NCBI GenBank assembly: GCA_040754455.1
Contig: JBFMCP010000001.1
Location: 128,001-192,000 of the forward strand
DNA length: 64,000 bases
Direction of reading: 5' to 3'
Origin: Nitrospirota bacterium
Lineage (GTDB): Bacteria; Nitrospirota; Thermodesulfovibrionia; Thermodesulfovibrionales; Dissulfurispiraceae
The stretch's first letter is position 1; every line of letters begins with the position of its first letter. The translations under genes were made by a program, and so were the position numbers. Shown here piece after piece: positions 10,362 to 19,794 of this stretch. Under the pieces are notes generated by a model. That model was not told where the DNA came from. It worked only from the letters and a program-made list of their open reading frames with translations, and ran no database searches.

Positions 10362-10405
10362 GGGTTCAACGGCAGAAAGGAGCTTTATTGCTTCTTCTTA
10401 TCCTT

Positions 10406-11347
10406 TCACAATTCCTTCCCCTCTTTAAAAATCGTCTCGATCCGCCTCGCTGTTATAAAATCCTCTTTGACCACCAGATAATTTCCTTTTTCAACCTCCT
10501 CTTTGCCCATGCATGCGGCGGAAAGGATCTGTTCCAGAGCAAGCCCTGCCTTCTGAAGTAACTGCAGTTCGTCGAAAAACGATGCCCCGTGGCTCACTCC
10601 CTTCGAGCCGCTGTCGGTGCCGACACGGAGCACGACACCGATCGAGGCGGCATACGTGATTGATTGGAGATGGCTTTCGATGATTTTTTCTATATTCTTT
10701 TTTTCGGCAGGTGCGCTCGCCGCAGAAAGGCTCAGCAGTGCAATGATCGTCGGCACCCAGGAGACCTTTTTTTCGGCCATGACATGGAGCGTCTCCGGTG
10801 AGATGAAAAAGCCGTGTTCGATCGAGGCAACGCCTGCATCGACAGCAGCGCGAATCGCCCTATCAGAATTGGCATGACAGATGACAGAAAGATGATGCTC
10901 CCGGGCCGCTTCGATAAGGGCGACCAACTCTTCCGTTGAGAATCCCCCCTCGGTCACGAGCCCCACTCCCCGTATATCGACCATACCCGAATTGATGATC
11001 TTCAGAAAATCGGCACCGCTTGCAGCGATCTCATCCACAGCGTCCCTGAGTTCCTCTTTGCCCGAAACCGGTCTTCCCAGAAACGAGCCGTAGGTTCCTC
11101 TCCTGTAGAGTGCATACCCTGCCGACTGCACCTCCAGTGCTGCACCGAAAATCCTCTTTGCCTCCAAGCCGATACCGCTCTTGTGGCCCATGTCGCATAC
11201 CGCAAAGATGCCATTGCGCAGATAACAATCCCCGATGTTGCCGAGCCGGTCTTCTGCTATCGGTCTTCCGTCGATCAAAAAATGCATATGTCCATCCCTG
11301 AAAGGAGGAATGGTGAGAACCCTGCGTTCATCTACATTACCCATCAT
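10406..11347 (-). CDS. Metal-dependent amidohydrolase family protein
   Basis: DGHMH, CHAN, SIEHG and GTDSG metal-ligand motifs. Confidence 0.8.
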   Translation of the reverse strand: MMGNVDERRVLTIPPFRDGHMHFLIDGRPIAEDRLGNIGDCYLRNGIFAVCDMGHKSGIGLEAKRIFGAALEVQSAGYALYRRGTYGSFLGRPVSGKEELRDAVDEIAASGADFLKIINSGMVDIRGVGLVTEGGFSTEELVALIEAAREHHLSVICHANSDRAIRAAVDAGVASIEHGFFISPETLHVMAEKKVSWVPTIIALLSLSAASAPAEKKNIEKIIESHLQSITYAASIGVVLRVGTDSGSKGVSHGASFFDELQLLQKAGLALEQILSAACMGKEEVEKGNYLVVKEDFITARRIETIFKEGKEL

Positions 11348-11387
11348 GTGTGATATTATAATTTAATACAGCAAAGTACGTACTCAT

Positions 11388-11560
11388 AAGGGGAGGGGAG
11401 AGATGGCACGAAGCCTTTATCAGCGACACCTTAGAAAATTTTCATACCACCTCATTGTAATCATGACGAGGATTATACTTCAGGTGAACCTTTCCATTTC
11501 CCCATTGAACACGGTATCCTGTCGCTTTTAAAGGCTTTGGGGTAGCTCTCCCCTCCCCTT
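11388..11560 (+). ncRNA. Structured intergenic element, copy C (6S RNA-like candidate)
   Basis: 173 nt; perfect 15-bp terminal stem plus 9-bp and 7-bp stems, an asymmetric central bubble and an apical stem (CACCT/AGGTG, TGTAATC/GATTATA). Confidence 0.55.
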
Positions 11561-11626
11561 CTATGCTACGCTGATAGATACTGTTATTGTCTTATTCTTT
11601 AGAAAAGAAAGGTTGCATCATTCACT

Positions 11627-12091
11627 ATGGATGTCCAGGAGAGTTTAAATAACTTAAAAAAACATGTTTTTTTCGAGCTCCTGCAGCTCGCCGGACGTGC
11701 CTTTGTCCTTGTCAGGTTCTCTGAAGATGTCGTTCTGGGGAAGCGCGGGTTTACCGCTGAAGAAAAGGAAAACGGCATTATTCTTGTCTTCAACTCAAAA
11801 ATGAACTTCACCTGGGACGATTACGGCATAACGGCAACACTGGTCTTTGGCACTACCCCGCAGAAGTGCTTCATACCGACCGATGACATCGTGGCGGTCT
11901 ATTCCTCCGAGCTCAATGCCCAGTTCATCACCTCTTTTCAATCGACAGCCTTCCTCAACAAAAAGAACGACGGGAGCGGAAAGCGCGAAGAGAATGTATC
12001 AGAGAAACAGGACCCCGGCACCCGTCCGCAAGAAGAAGCAATGCCTTCATCCAATGTCATCAACGTCGATTTCACGAAAAAAAGAAAATAG
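11627..12091 (+). CDS. SspB-like (ClpXP specificity factor) protein
   Basis: GITATLVFG..CFIP..IVAVYS core, low-complexity linker, NVINVDF C-terminal motif. Confidence 0.7.
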   Translation: MDVQESLNNLKKHVFFELLQLAGRAFVLVRFSEDVVLGKRGFTAEEKENGIILVFNSKMNFTWDDYGITATLVFGTTPQKCFIPTDDIVAVYSSELNAQFITSFQSTAFLNKKNDGSGKREENVSEKQDPGTRPQEEAMPSSNVINVDFTKKRK

Positions 12092-12135
12092 GGCTCTTCA
12101 CTTTTTCGACCACTTGGTATAAGATAGAGGCGGCC

Positions 12136-12468
12136 ATGAACGAGAAGCTCGTACACGATTTAATCATCGATCATCTCAAGCAGCGTCTGAAAAGGGAATA
12201 CGGCGAGATCAATATCAACCCCTCAGGCCATCCTGATTTGACCCTTGCCAACCACGGCCTCGTCCTTGCCGTTGTAGAAGTGGAAACCGAGGGCAGCATA
12301 ACGCCTGAAAGCGCCGAAGCATGGAAGAGCCTGGCCCAACCGGGGACAAAGGTGATCCTCATGGTGCCCAAGAATGCACGGGTGAAGGCAATGGAGCTCC
12401 TTTGGCAGAAGGGAATCGCCGACCGGGTGAGTGTCGGCACCTATGAAATCAGCATCACCATGCCATGA
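12136..12468 (+). CDS. Hypothetical protein, possible PD-(D/E)xK-like fold
   Basis: GAGG RBS; PDL...VEVET pattern; ATGA overlap with the next gene. Confidence 0.65.
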   Translation: MNEKLVHDLIIDHLKQRLKREYGEININPSGHPDLTLANHGLVLAVVEVETEGSITPESAEAWKSLAQPGTKVILMVPKNARVKAMELLWQKGIADRVSVGTYEISITMP

Positions 12469-13829
12469 ACAAAATCCTCGTTATCGACGACGACAGGACG
12501 ATACGGCTTACCCTCAGCCAGATTCTGAATGACAGCGGCTTTATTCCCCTCGAGGCGGCCAGCGGCAGCGAGGCGATCGAGATTATAAAATATCAAGACA
12601 TCTCGGCCATTCTCCTCGACCTGAAAATGCCCGGCATGGACGGCATCACGACGATGCAGGAGCTCAAGAAAGCCAATCCCGATATCCCGGTTATTATCAT
12701 AACCGGATATGGTGATATTGAAACCGCTGTCGAAGCGATCAAGCTCGGGGCATACGATTTTATCCTCAAGCCGCCCAAGTTCGATCGCCTCATCTTCACT
12801 CTTGAAAGGGCCATCGAGAAACTGGAACTGGAGCGGGCCGTGAAACGGCTCAACACCGTTGTGGGAGTTTCACTCGAATGGCTGCTGGGCACCGGCGACC
12901 TCATAAAGAGGGTTATTGACCAGATCCATCAGGTCGCGTGGAGCGATTTCTCGGTAGTGATCCAGGGGGAGACCGGAACCGGTAAATCCACCGTCGCACG
13001 AGCCATCCATAACCTGAGTAAGAGAGCAAAAGGCCCTTTTGTCACGGTCGATATGGGCGCAATTCCGGAGTCCCTTGTCGAGAGTGAACTCTTTGGGTAT
13101 GAGAAGGGCGCCTTTACCGGGGCTGAAAAAAAAAGAAAAGGTTTTTTCGAGATATCGAACAGCGGCACCATCCTCATCGACGAGCTGGAGAACATGTCTC
13201 CCTATGTACAGAGCAAGCTCCTCAGGGCAGTTGAGGAGAGGAGGATTCTCCCGCTCGGCAGCACACAACCCGTTGATATCGATGTTCGCATTATCGCTGC
13301 AACCAATACCGATATACGCCAGGCGGTGAAGGAGAAGAAATTCCGTGAGGATCTCTTCTTTCGCCTCGGAGAATTCATTATCAATCTGCCGCCGCTCAGA
13401 GAGCGGGGCGAAGACATCCCCTTCCTTGCACAAAAGTTCTTCCGGGAGGCCGCAGCAGAGCTGAATAAACAGATGAGGGAGATCGCCGATGACGCACTCG
13501 GTATCCTCGTACGTTATCCCTGGCCCGGTAATGTCAGGGAGCTTAAAAATGTGATCAGAAGGGCGGTGCTCCTCTGCAACGGCGATACCATCAGACCCGA
13601 GCATCTGGACTTCCTCGTCGGCGACAAGTCCCCGGAACGCGCTTCCCTTCCCTTGCTGCCGCTCAAAGAGCTTTCGGCCATGGCTGTCAGGGATGTAGAG
13701 CAAAAGGCGATCAAACAAGTCCTTGAACTTACCAGCGGCAACAAGACCAGGGCAGCTTCCATGCTTCAGGTTGATTACAAAACTCTCCTTACCAAAATAA
13801 AAGAATACCAGCTCAACAGCACAAAGTAA
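12465..13829 (+). CDS. Sigma54-dependent response regulator (NtrC/AtoC family)
   Basis: REC domain (DLKMPGMDG), GETGTGKS Walker A, GAFTGA, WPGNVREL, Fis-type HTH. Confidence 0.96.
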   Translation: MNKILVIDDDRTIRLTLSQILNDSGFIPLEAASGSEAIEIIKYQDISAILLDLKMPGMDGITTMQELKKANPDIPVIIITGYGDIETAVEAIKLGAYDFILKPPKFDRLIFTLERAIEKLELERAVKRLNTVVGVSLEWLLGTGDLIKRVIDQIHQVAWSDFSVVIQGETGTGKSTVARAIHNLSKRAKGPFVTVDMGAIPESLVESELFGYEKGAFTGAEKKRKGFFEISNSGTILIDELENMSPYVQSKLLRAVEERRILPLGSTQPVDIDVRIIAATNTDIRQAVKEKKFREDLFFRLGEFIINLPPLRERGEDIPFLAQKFFREAAAELNKQMREIADDALGILVRYPWPGNVRELKNVIRRAVLLCNGDTIRPEHLDFLVGDKSPERASLPLLPLKELSAMAVRDVEQKAIKQVLELTSGNKTRAASMLQVDYKTLLTKIKEYQLNSTK

Positions 13830-13840
13830 CTACTGAAAAA

Positions 13841-13878
13841 TCTGGTACGAATTCCATAATTATGGAACCGTTTCCAGA
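13841..13878. promoter_or_regulatory. Palindromic candidate enhancer (UAS) upstream of the chemotaxis operon
   Basis: Perfect 16-bp palindrome TTCCATAATTATGGAA (13852-13867) flanked by TCTGG..CCAGA, giving two tandem TGG-N8-CCA sites. Confidence 0.5.
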
Positions 13879-13928
13879 CCCACAGCCTTTTTTTTGAAGA
13901 AAAAGCCTTATAATTCAAAGGTTCACTT

Positions 13929-13945
13929 CTGGCATCCCTTTTGAT
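13929..13945 (+). promoter_or_regulatory. Imperfect sigma54 -24/-12 promoter
   Basis: CTGGCAT-CCCT-TTTGA: correct GG-N10 spacing but GA instead of GC at -12. Confidence 0.3.
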
Positions 13946-14054
13946 AGAAGACTCCTCGGCTCTTCATTAATAAATATTTTATCCTTGGGAATTTCCAAGG
14001 CCGGCTTGACGGTATGGAGCGTTCACCCGAGGACATTGGAGCAAGGAGGACGTC

Positions 14055-14309
14055 ATGACAGAACGCATCGTTTTAGATGAGACCTTTACTATTCATGATC
14101 TCGGGCAACGTGTCCACTCTTTCAGGGATGCGGTAAGGAGCTGCTACGAGATGGTGATCGACGGCACCAGGGTGCGGGAGATCGATACTGCAGCACTGCA
14201 GATGCTCGTGGCGATCAAGAAAGAGTGCATTGAACAGGGAAGACAGTGGGTGTTTACCCCATCGGATGCTATGAAGACACTGCAATCAGTAGTGGGAATC
14301 GAGCTGTAA
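14055..14309 (+). CDS. STAS domain protein
   Basis: EIDTAALQML motif; AGGAGG RBS; first gene of the che operon. Confidence 0.85.
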   Translation: MTERIVLDETFTIHDLGQRVHSFRDAVRSCYEMVIDGTRVREIDTAALQMLVAIKKECIEQGRQWVFTPSDAMKTLQSVVGIEL

Positions 14310-14373
14310 TGAGCAATGCCCTCACGGTAAACGAGGCAGTGCGACAGCGGATTATGCATAACAGGAGCAGGTC

Positions 14374-14739
14374 ATGTCAAAAATGGTATTGATTGTCGAT
14401 GATTCAGCTTCGATGCGCCAGCTCGTCTCATTTGCGTTGAAAGACGCCGGATACGAGGTCATTGAAGCAGCGAATGGAAAGGATGCGATCAGCAAGCTTG
14501 GCAGCGCAAAGGTGGAAATGGTGATCACCGACCTGAACATGCCCGAAATGGACGGGATATCCTTCATCAAGCAGCTGCGGAACACACCGGGGTGCAAGTT
14601 CACCCCTGTCCTTATGCTGACCACCGAATCGCAGGAATCAAAAAAACAAGAAGGCAAACAGGCAGGCGCCAGCGGATGGCTCGTGAAGCCCTTCACCCCT
14701 GAGCAGCTCGTCGAGACGGTCCGGAAGTTTGTCAAATAG
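14374..14739 (+). CDS. cheY: Chemotaxis response regulator
   Basis: Stand-alone REC domain; DLNMPEMDG, LTTES, WLVKPF. Confidence 0.93.
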   Translation: MSKMVLIVDDSASMRQLVSFALKDAGYEVIEAANGKDAISKLGSAKVEMVITDLNMPEMDGISFIKQLRNTPGCKFTPVLMLTTESQESKKQEGKQAGASGWLVKPFTPEQLVETVRKFVK

Positions 14740-14801
14740 GGCGTGCGGATTACGGCAACATGCAGGATGAGCGATCAAAAGATTTTTAAAAAGGACAAGC
14801 G

Positions 14802-16901
14802 ATGGTAGATTTCAGAAAACTCTACAGTATTTTTGTTGATGAGGCAGCGGAAAAAATCGCCGAACTCGAAAGCGGACTGCTCCAGCTCGAGAAGTCCCCT
14901 GATGACAAAGAGCTCCTCAATACCATCTTCAGGGCCGCCCATACGATCAAGGGTTCCAGCGGGACGATCGGCCTGAAGGATATCTCTCATTTCACTCATG
15001 GTATGGAAGAGATCCTGGATCTCATGCGCCAAGACCGGCTCACCCCCGACAACGAGCTGGTCTCGGTGCTCCTCGAAGCTGCCGACCTTATCAGAGAGAT
15101 GGTTGAATGCGTCGCCTCTGAAGCTGCCTTTGAGTTCTCCCGCTGCGAAGCGGTAACGCAGCGCATGGAGGCGGTGAAAAAACACAGGAGCGAAGCAGTT
15201 CCCGCAGCCGGGCCGGACCAGGTCAAAAAAGAATCTCAAGATACTGCCGCAGATCTCCGCCACGTTATGATTAAGTTTGTGCCGAATGCGGACCTCTTCA
15301 AACGCGGCATCGATCCCGCCATCATCCTCAACGATATAAGGGGACTCGGCGAAGTCGTTACAATACATGCCTTCACCGACACCGTCCCCCCGCTCTCTGA
15401 TATCAATCCTGAAAACCTTTATATGCGGTGGGACATACACCTTAAAACCTCAAAGTCCGATGCAGAAATACGGAAGGTCTTCGAATTCGTCGAGGAGGGA
15501 AGTGATATAAAAATACTTCCCATTGCAGTAGCATCGGCGACCGACCTCCCCTTTATAGGGCAGCTGCTCGTGGGGGAGGGCTCGGTAAAAGCGGAAGATG
15601 TGGAGGACGCGTTAAAGAGCCAGAAGCGGTTAGGAGAGATCCTCCTCGAAAAGGGAAAGATAACCTCCAAGGACCTCGAGAAAGCGGTCGAAAAGCAGAA
15701 CCAGAAGAAGACCGAATCGCTGCGGAACGCCATCTCATCGACCATCCGGGTCGACCTCAAGAAGCTCGATCATCTCATCAACACCGTCGGAGAGATGGTC
15801 ATCATTCATTCCATGTTCCAGCAGCTGCTCCAGAACGGCTCCGAAAGGACAGCAGAGGGCATAGAGGCGCTTTTTTCCCAGCTCCAGAGGATCGGCAGGG
15901 ATATACAGGAGAGCGCTATGGCGCTGAGAATGCTCCCGGTGGGAGAAGTGTTTCACCGGTTTACCCGACTGGTAAGGGAGCTCTCGATCAGTAAGGGCAA
16001 AAACATCGAACTGGTCATCAGCGGCGAGGACACAGAGCTCGACAAAGGGGTGCTCGAAAAGATCACCGACCCTCTCGTGCATCTCATCAGAAACGCCATT
16101 GACCACGGGATCGAAACACCCGATGAAAGGGCTGCTCAGGGGAAGCCCCCGCAGGGGACCATCCACCTCAGCGCCTATCAGATGGGTGACGCCGTCTATA
16201 TAGAGATAGAGGACGACGGCAAAGGGCTCAGCAAAGAAAGGATACTCAAAAAGGCGCAGGTCATGGGAATGCTCGGGAACGACACCGACCTGACGGACGA
16301 GCAGATATATAACCTCATTTTTCTCCCGGGCCTTTCCACTGCCGACCAGGTGACCGATATCTCCGGCCGCGGTGTCGGCATGGATGTCGTCAAGAAGAAC
16401 ATCGAGAGCCTCAATGGAAAAGTGCAGATCCGCTCAAAACCGGGTATGGGGACCACCATCTCCATCAAACTCCCTCTCACCCTTGCCATTATCGACGGCC
16501 TTACGGTGCTCATCGGTAATGAGCCGTTCATCATCCCCATTACCATGGTCATCGAATCGCTCCGCCCCGAACAGAAGGATATCAAAACCCTCAACGAACG
16601 GGGAGAGGTCATCAATATCAGAGGGGAATACATTCCGCTGGTGCGCCTCTACCGGCTGCTCGGTCTGATGCCGCAGCAGGAGAATCCCTGGGAGGCGATT
16701 GTCATCGTCACGACGTATGAGGGAAGAAAATACGGTCTTCTCGTCGATGAGTTGATCGGGCAGCAGCAAATTGTCATCAAACATCTCGGCACCGCCATGC
16801 CGCGGGTCAGGGATATCGCCGGCGGCACCATTCTGGGCAACGGAAAGGTGGCGCTGGTCCTCGATATCCCCGGAATCGTTGAGCTCAGCAGGCAGCAATA
16901 A
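14802..16901 (+). CDS. cheA: Chemotaxis histidine kinase
   Basis: HPt FRAAHTIKG, HLIRNAIDHG, SGRGVGMDVV, C-terminal CheW domain. Confidence 0.97.
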   Translation: MVDFRKLYSIFVDEAAEKIAELESGLLQLEKSPDDKELLNTIFRAAHTIKGSSGTIGLKDISHFTHGMEEILDLMRQDRLTPDNELVSVLLEAADLIREMVECVASEAAFEFSRCEAVTQRMEAVKKHRSEAVPAAGPDQVKKESQDTAADLRHVMIKFVPNADLFKRGIDPAIILNDIRGLGEVVTIHAFTDTVPPLSDINPENLYMRWDIHLKTSKSDAEIRKVFEFVEEGSDIKILPIAVASATDLPFIGQLLVGEGSVKAEDVEDALKSQKRLGEILLEKGKITSKDLEKAVEKQNQKKTESLRNAISSTIRVDLKKLDHLINTVGEMVIIHSMFQQLLQNGSERTAEGIEALFSQLQRIGRDIQESAMALRMLPVGEVFHRFTRLVRELSISKGKNIELVISGEDTELDKGVLEKITDPLVHLIRNAIDHGIETPDERAAQGKPPQGTIHLSAYQMGDAVYIEIEDDGKGLSKERILKKAQVMGMLGNDTDLTDEQIYNLIFLPGLSTADQVTDISGRGVGMDVVKKNIESLNGKVQIRSKPGMGTTISIKLPLTLAIIDGLTVLIGNEPFIIPITMVIESLRPEQKDIKTLNERGEVINIRGEYIPLVRLYRLLGLMPQQENPWEAIVIVTTYEGRKYGLLVDELIGQQQIVIKHLGTAMPRVRDIAGGTILGNGKVALVLDIPGIVELSRQQ

Positions 16902-16994
16902 GCAGAGGAACAGAGCAGATTTTCATAGAGAACGTCTCATTCACGAGTGAAGGAAAACAGCGCTCATCGTGCAAATGAGCAGAAGGAGGTACGC

Positions 16995-17525
16995 GTGACT
17001 GAAGCAGCAGCGGTTAAAAGGGTTGAGGAGCAGATGGAAGGAGGCCGGCAGTATGTTACTTTTTGCCTCAACGAGGAGCTCTATGCGATTGAAGCCCTGG
17101 TCGTCCAGGAGATCATCGAGCTTGGAGCTATCACCAAAGTCCCCCATCTGCCCGACTTCTTCAAAGGCGTGATCAATCTCAGAGGCACGATCATCCCTGT
17201 TGTTGATTTGAAGATGAAATTCGCCATGCACTCCGGGGAATATAAAAAACATACCTGCGTCATTGTGACGGAGTTCTCCGGCGGCACGATCGGCCTTATC
17301 GTTGATGCGGTATCGGATGTGCTCTCACTTGCCAACGAGGACATTTCGGATACTCCTTCCTTCGGAGCGCATATCACGACCGATTTCATGAAGGGGATGT
17401 CGAGAATGGACGGGAACCTTGCCATTATTCTCGATATCGAGAAGGTCTTGTCAGAGGCCGACACCGCCTCTCTGAGCGCAATAAGGAATATGGACAATAT
17501 CAAAGCAGCCGAACCGGCAAGATAA
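16995..17525 (+). CDS. cheW: Chemotaxis coupling protein
   Basis: [18 protein letters not shown] start at 16995 follows an AGGAGG RBS. Confidence 0.95.
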   Translation: MTEAAAVKRVEEQMEGGRQYVTFCLNEELYAIEALVVQEIIELGAITKVPHLPDFFKGVINLRGTIIPVVDLKMKFAMHSGEYKKHTCVIVTEFSGGTIGLIVDAVSDVLSLANEDISDTPSFGAHITTDFMKGMSRMDGNLAIILDIEKVLSEADTASLSAIRNMDNIKAAEPAR

Positions 17526-17568
17526 TAATGCACACGCACGTTTCGTACGGCAGTCATACCATGGAGGC

Positions 17569-19731
17569 ATGTCATTAATGAAGAAACAGCTTAATGATTA
17601 TTCAATTGCAGTCAAGCTCTCACTCATACTCTTTCTGATTGTTTTCACCATACTGGGGCTGTTTACCCTCTTTGCAAGCGTATTCACCACCCGGTCGCTC
17701 GACGAAAAGAGCCTTGATGACCTCAGGTCCAAAACAAAGCTGATCACCGATATGGTAGAGGTCTACGACAGCAGTCTGCGGCAGAATGCAGAGAAACTGA
17801 GCAACATCTTCGTCTCCTATTTCCCCGGTACGTTCGCGCTCGACCCTGCTGCCGTCGTCAAGATCGGAGATACCGACACCCCTGTGCTCAAGGCGGGAGG
17901 GACCGCGTTAAACCTCAATTTCTCCCTTCCCGACCGGTTCACCGGAGTAACCGGGGGGGTCGCGACGGTCTTTGCGAAGAAAGGAGACGACTTCGTGCGG
18001 ATCACGACCTCTCTGAAGAAAGAGGACGGTACCAGGGCCATCGGCACCCTGCTCGACAGGGCGCACCCTGCCTACCCTCTCCTGCTCAAGGGAGAGCCTT
18101 ACGTGGGAAAGGCAACCCTCTTCGGAAGGGAGTACATGACGAAGTACGTTCCAATAAAGGATAACGGAGGAAGGATCGTGGGATCGCTCTTCATCGGGCT
18201 CGATTTCACCGAGGGACTGAAAGCATTAAAGAGCAAGATCAAGTCGATCAAGGTAGGCGAGACAGGGTATGTTTATGTGCTCGATGCAAAGGAGGGGCCG
18301 ACGTACGGGACCCTTGTCGTCCATCCCGCTCAGGAAGGAAAGAATATCCTCGCTGCAAAGGACGGCAGCGGCAGGGAGTTCATCAAGGATATCCTCGAGA
18401 AAAAGGAAGGCGTTATCCGCTATCCCTGGATCAACAAGGAGCTGGGAGAGACCAGCGCGCGTGAAAAAATCGTGGTCTTTTCCTTCTACAAGAACTGGAA
18501 TTGGGTGATCGGCGCCGGTAGTTATACCAATGAGTTTCACAAGGCGAGTACTATACTGCGACGGTATTTAATCACGGTGAGCATCATAGCAGTCGTTGTG
18601 CTGGCGGCATTGCTCTACAGCGCGGTCATCAAGTTCGTTTCCCGCCCTCTCAAGGATTCCGTTGCGGTCGCACAACAGATTGCGCAGGGAGATCTAACCG
18701 TTACCGTTGCCGACAGACCCAAAGATGAGATCGGCCAGCTCTTTGCCGCAATGAGAAACATGGTCAATGATCTGAAGAGGATCGTACGGCAGACGAAGGA
18801 GGCATCGGGGCAGGTGTCGGCGGCAGCGGACCAGATCGCCGAAGCCAACCAGAGCTTCTCGCAGAGGATCACCGAGCAGGCGGCATCGGTGGAGGAGACC
18901 TCGGCCACCATGGAAGAGATGGCGGCCTCAATCCGGCATACCGCGGAAAACGCACGGGAGGCCAACAAGCTCGCCCAGGGCACCAAGACCATTGCCGAAT
19001 CGGGCAGTGTGGTCATGAACGATACGATCAAGGCAATGGACGAGATCAACAAGTCCTCATCGAAGATCGCCAACATCTCCAATGTAATCGAGGAGATCGC
19101 CTTTCAGACCAACCTTCTTGCCTTAAATGCAGCGGTTGAGGCGGCCAGGGCAGGAGAGCACGGCAAGGGCTTTGCCGTTGTGGCCTCGGAGATACGGAAC
19201 CTCGCGCAGCGGACGGCGCAGTCTGCCAAAGAGATCACGGGGCTGATCGAGGACAGTACGGAGAAGACCTCCCGTGGCGTACAGCTCGCCCAGGAGCTGA
19301 GCGGCAAGCTGGGCGAGATCGAGGTGAGTGTGAAGAAAGTAGTCGACCTTATGGACGAGGTGGCAGCAGCGGCCGGGGAGCAGGCGTCGGGCATCAACCA
19401 GGTCAATACGGCAATGGTGCAGATCGACCAGGCGACCCAGCAGAATGCCTCCTTCGTGGAGGAAGCAGCAGCAACCGCAGAAGAGCTTGCAGCGCAGGCG
19501 AAGGAGCTGACGGACCTTATTGCCTTTTTTAAATCTAACGATGACATGACAGCTCATCGCGCCGAGAGGCGGGAGCATTCCGGCGCTGCACATCAGTGGA
19601 GCTCAAAGAGCACACTGAAAGCATCGGCTCCAGAAAGCACACTACCGCGCCCCGCCGCCGTCACGCTCATCTATGGAAACGGAAGCACTGCTCAGCACAA
19701 GGAAGGTAAGAATGGATTCGAAGAATTCTAA
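17569..19731 (+). CDS. Methyl-accepting chemotaxis protein with Cache-type sensor
   Basis: TM-Cache ([15 protein letters not shown])-TM-HAMP-signalling domain; C-terminal GFEEF pentapeptide. Confidence 0.95.
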   Translation: MSLMKKQLNDYSIAVKLSLILFLIVFTILGLFTLFASVFTTRSLDEKSLDDLRSKTKLITDMVEVYDSSLRQNAEKLSNIFVSYFPGTFALDPAAVVKIGDTDTPVLKAGGTALNLNFSLPDRFTGVTGGVATVFAKKGDDFVRITTSLKKEDGTRAIGTLLDRAHPAYPLLLKGEPYVGKATLFGREYMTKYVPIKDNGGRIVGSLFIGLDFTEGLKALKSKIKSIKVGETGYVYVLDAKEGPTYGTLVVHPAQEGKNILAAKDGSGREFIKDILEKKEGVIRYPWINKELGETSAREKIVVFSFYKNWNWVIGAGSYTNEFHKASTILRRYLITVSIIAVVVLAALLYSAVIKFVSRPLKDSVAVAQQIAQGDLTVTVADRPKDEIGQLFAAMRNMVNDLKRIVRQTKEASGQVSAAADQIAEANQSFSQRITEQAASVEETSATMEEMAASIRHTAENAREANKLAQGTKTIAESGSVVMNDTIKAMDEINKSSSKIANISNVIEEIAFQTNLLALNAAVEAARAGEHGKGFAVVASEIRNLAQRTAQSAKEITGLIEDSTEKTSRGVQLAQELSGKLGEIEVSVKKVVDLMDEVAAAAGEQASGINQVNTAMVQIDQATQQNASFVEEAAATAEELAAQAKELTDLIAFFKSNDDMTAHRAERREHSGAAHQWSSKSTLKASAPESTLPRPAAVTLIYGNGSTAQHKEGKNGFEEF
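18781..19470 (+). repeat. 690-bp direct repeat, copy 1 (MCP signalling domain)
   Basis: Identical by eye to 20551-21240 (offset 1770). Confidence 0.92.
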
Positions 19732-19794
19732 GCACCGGAGCACGGCACAAAGAAACAACGATCTTCATTTAAATGACAGAAGGGGGGAACTACA

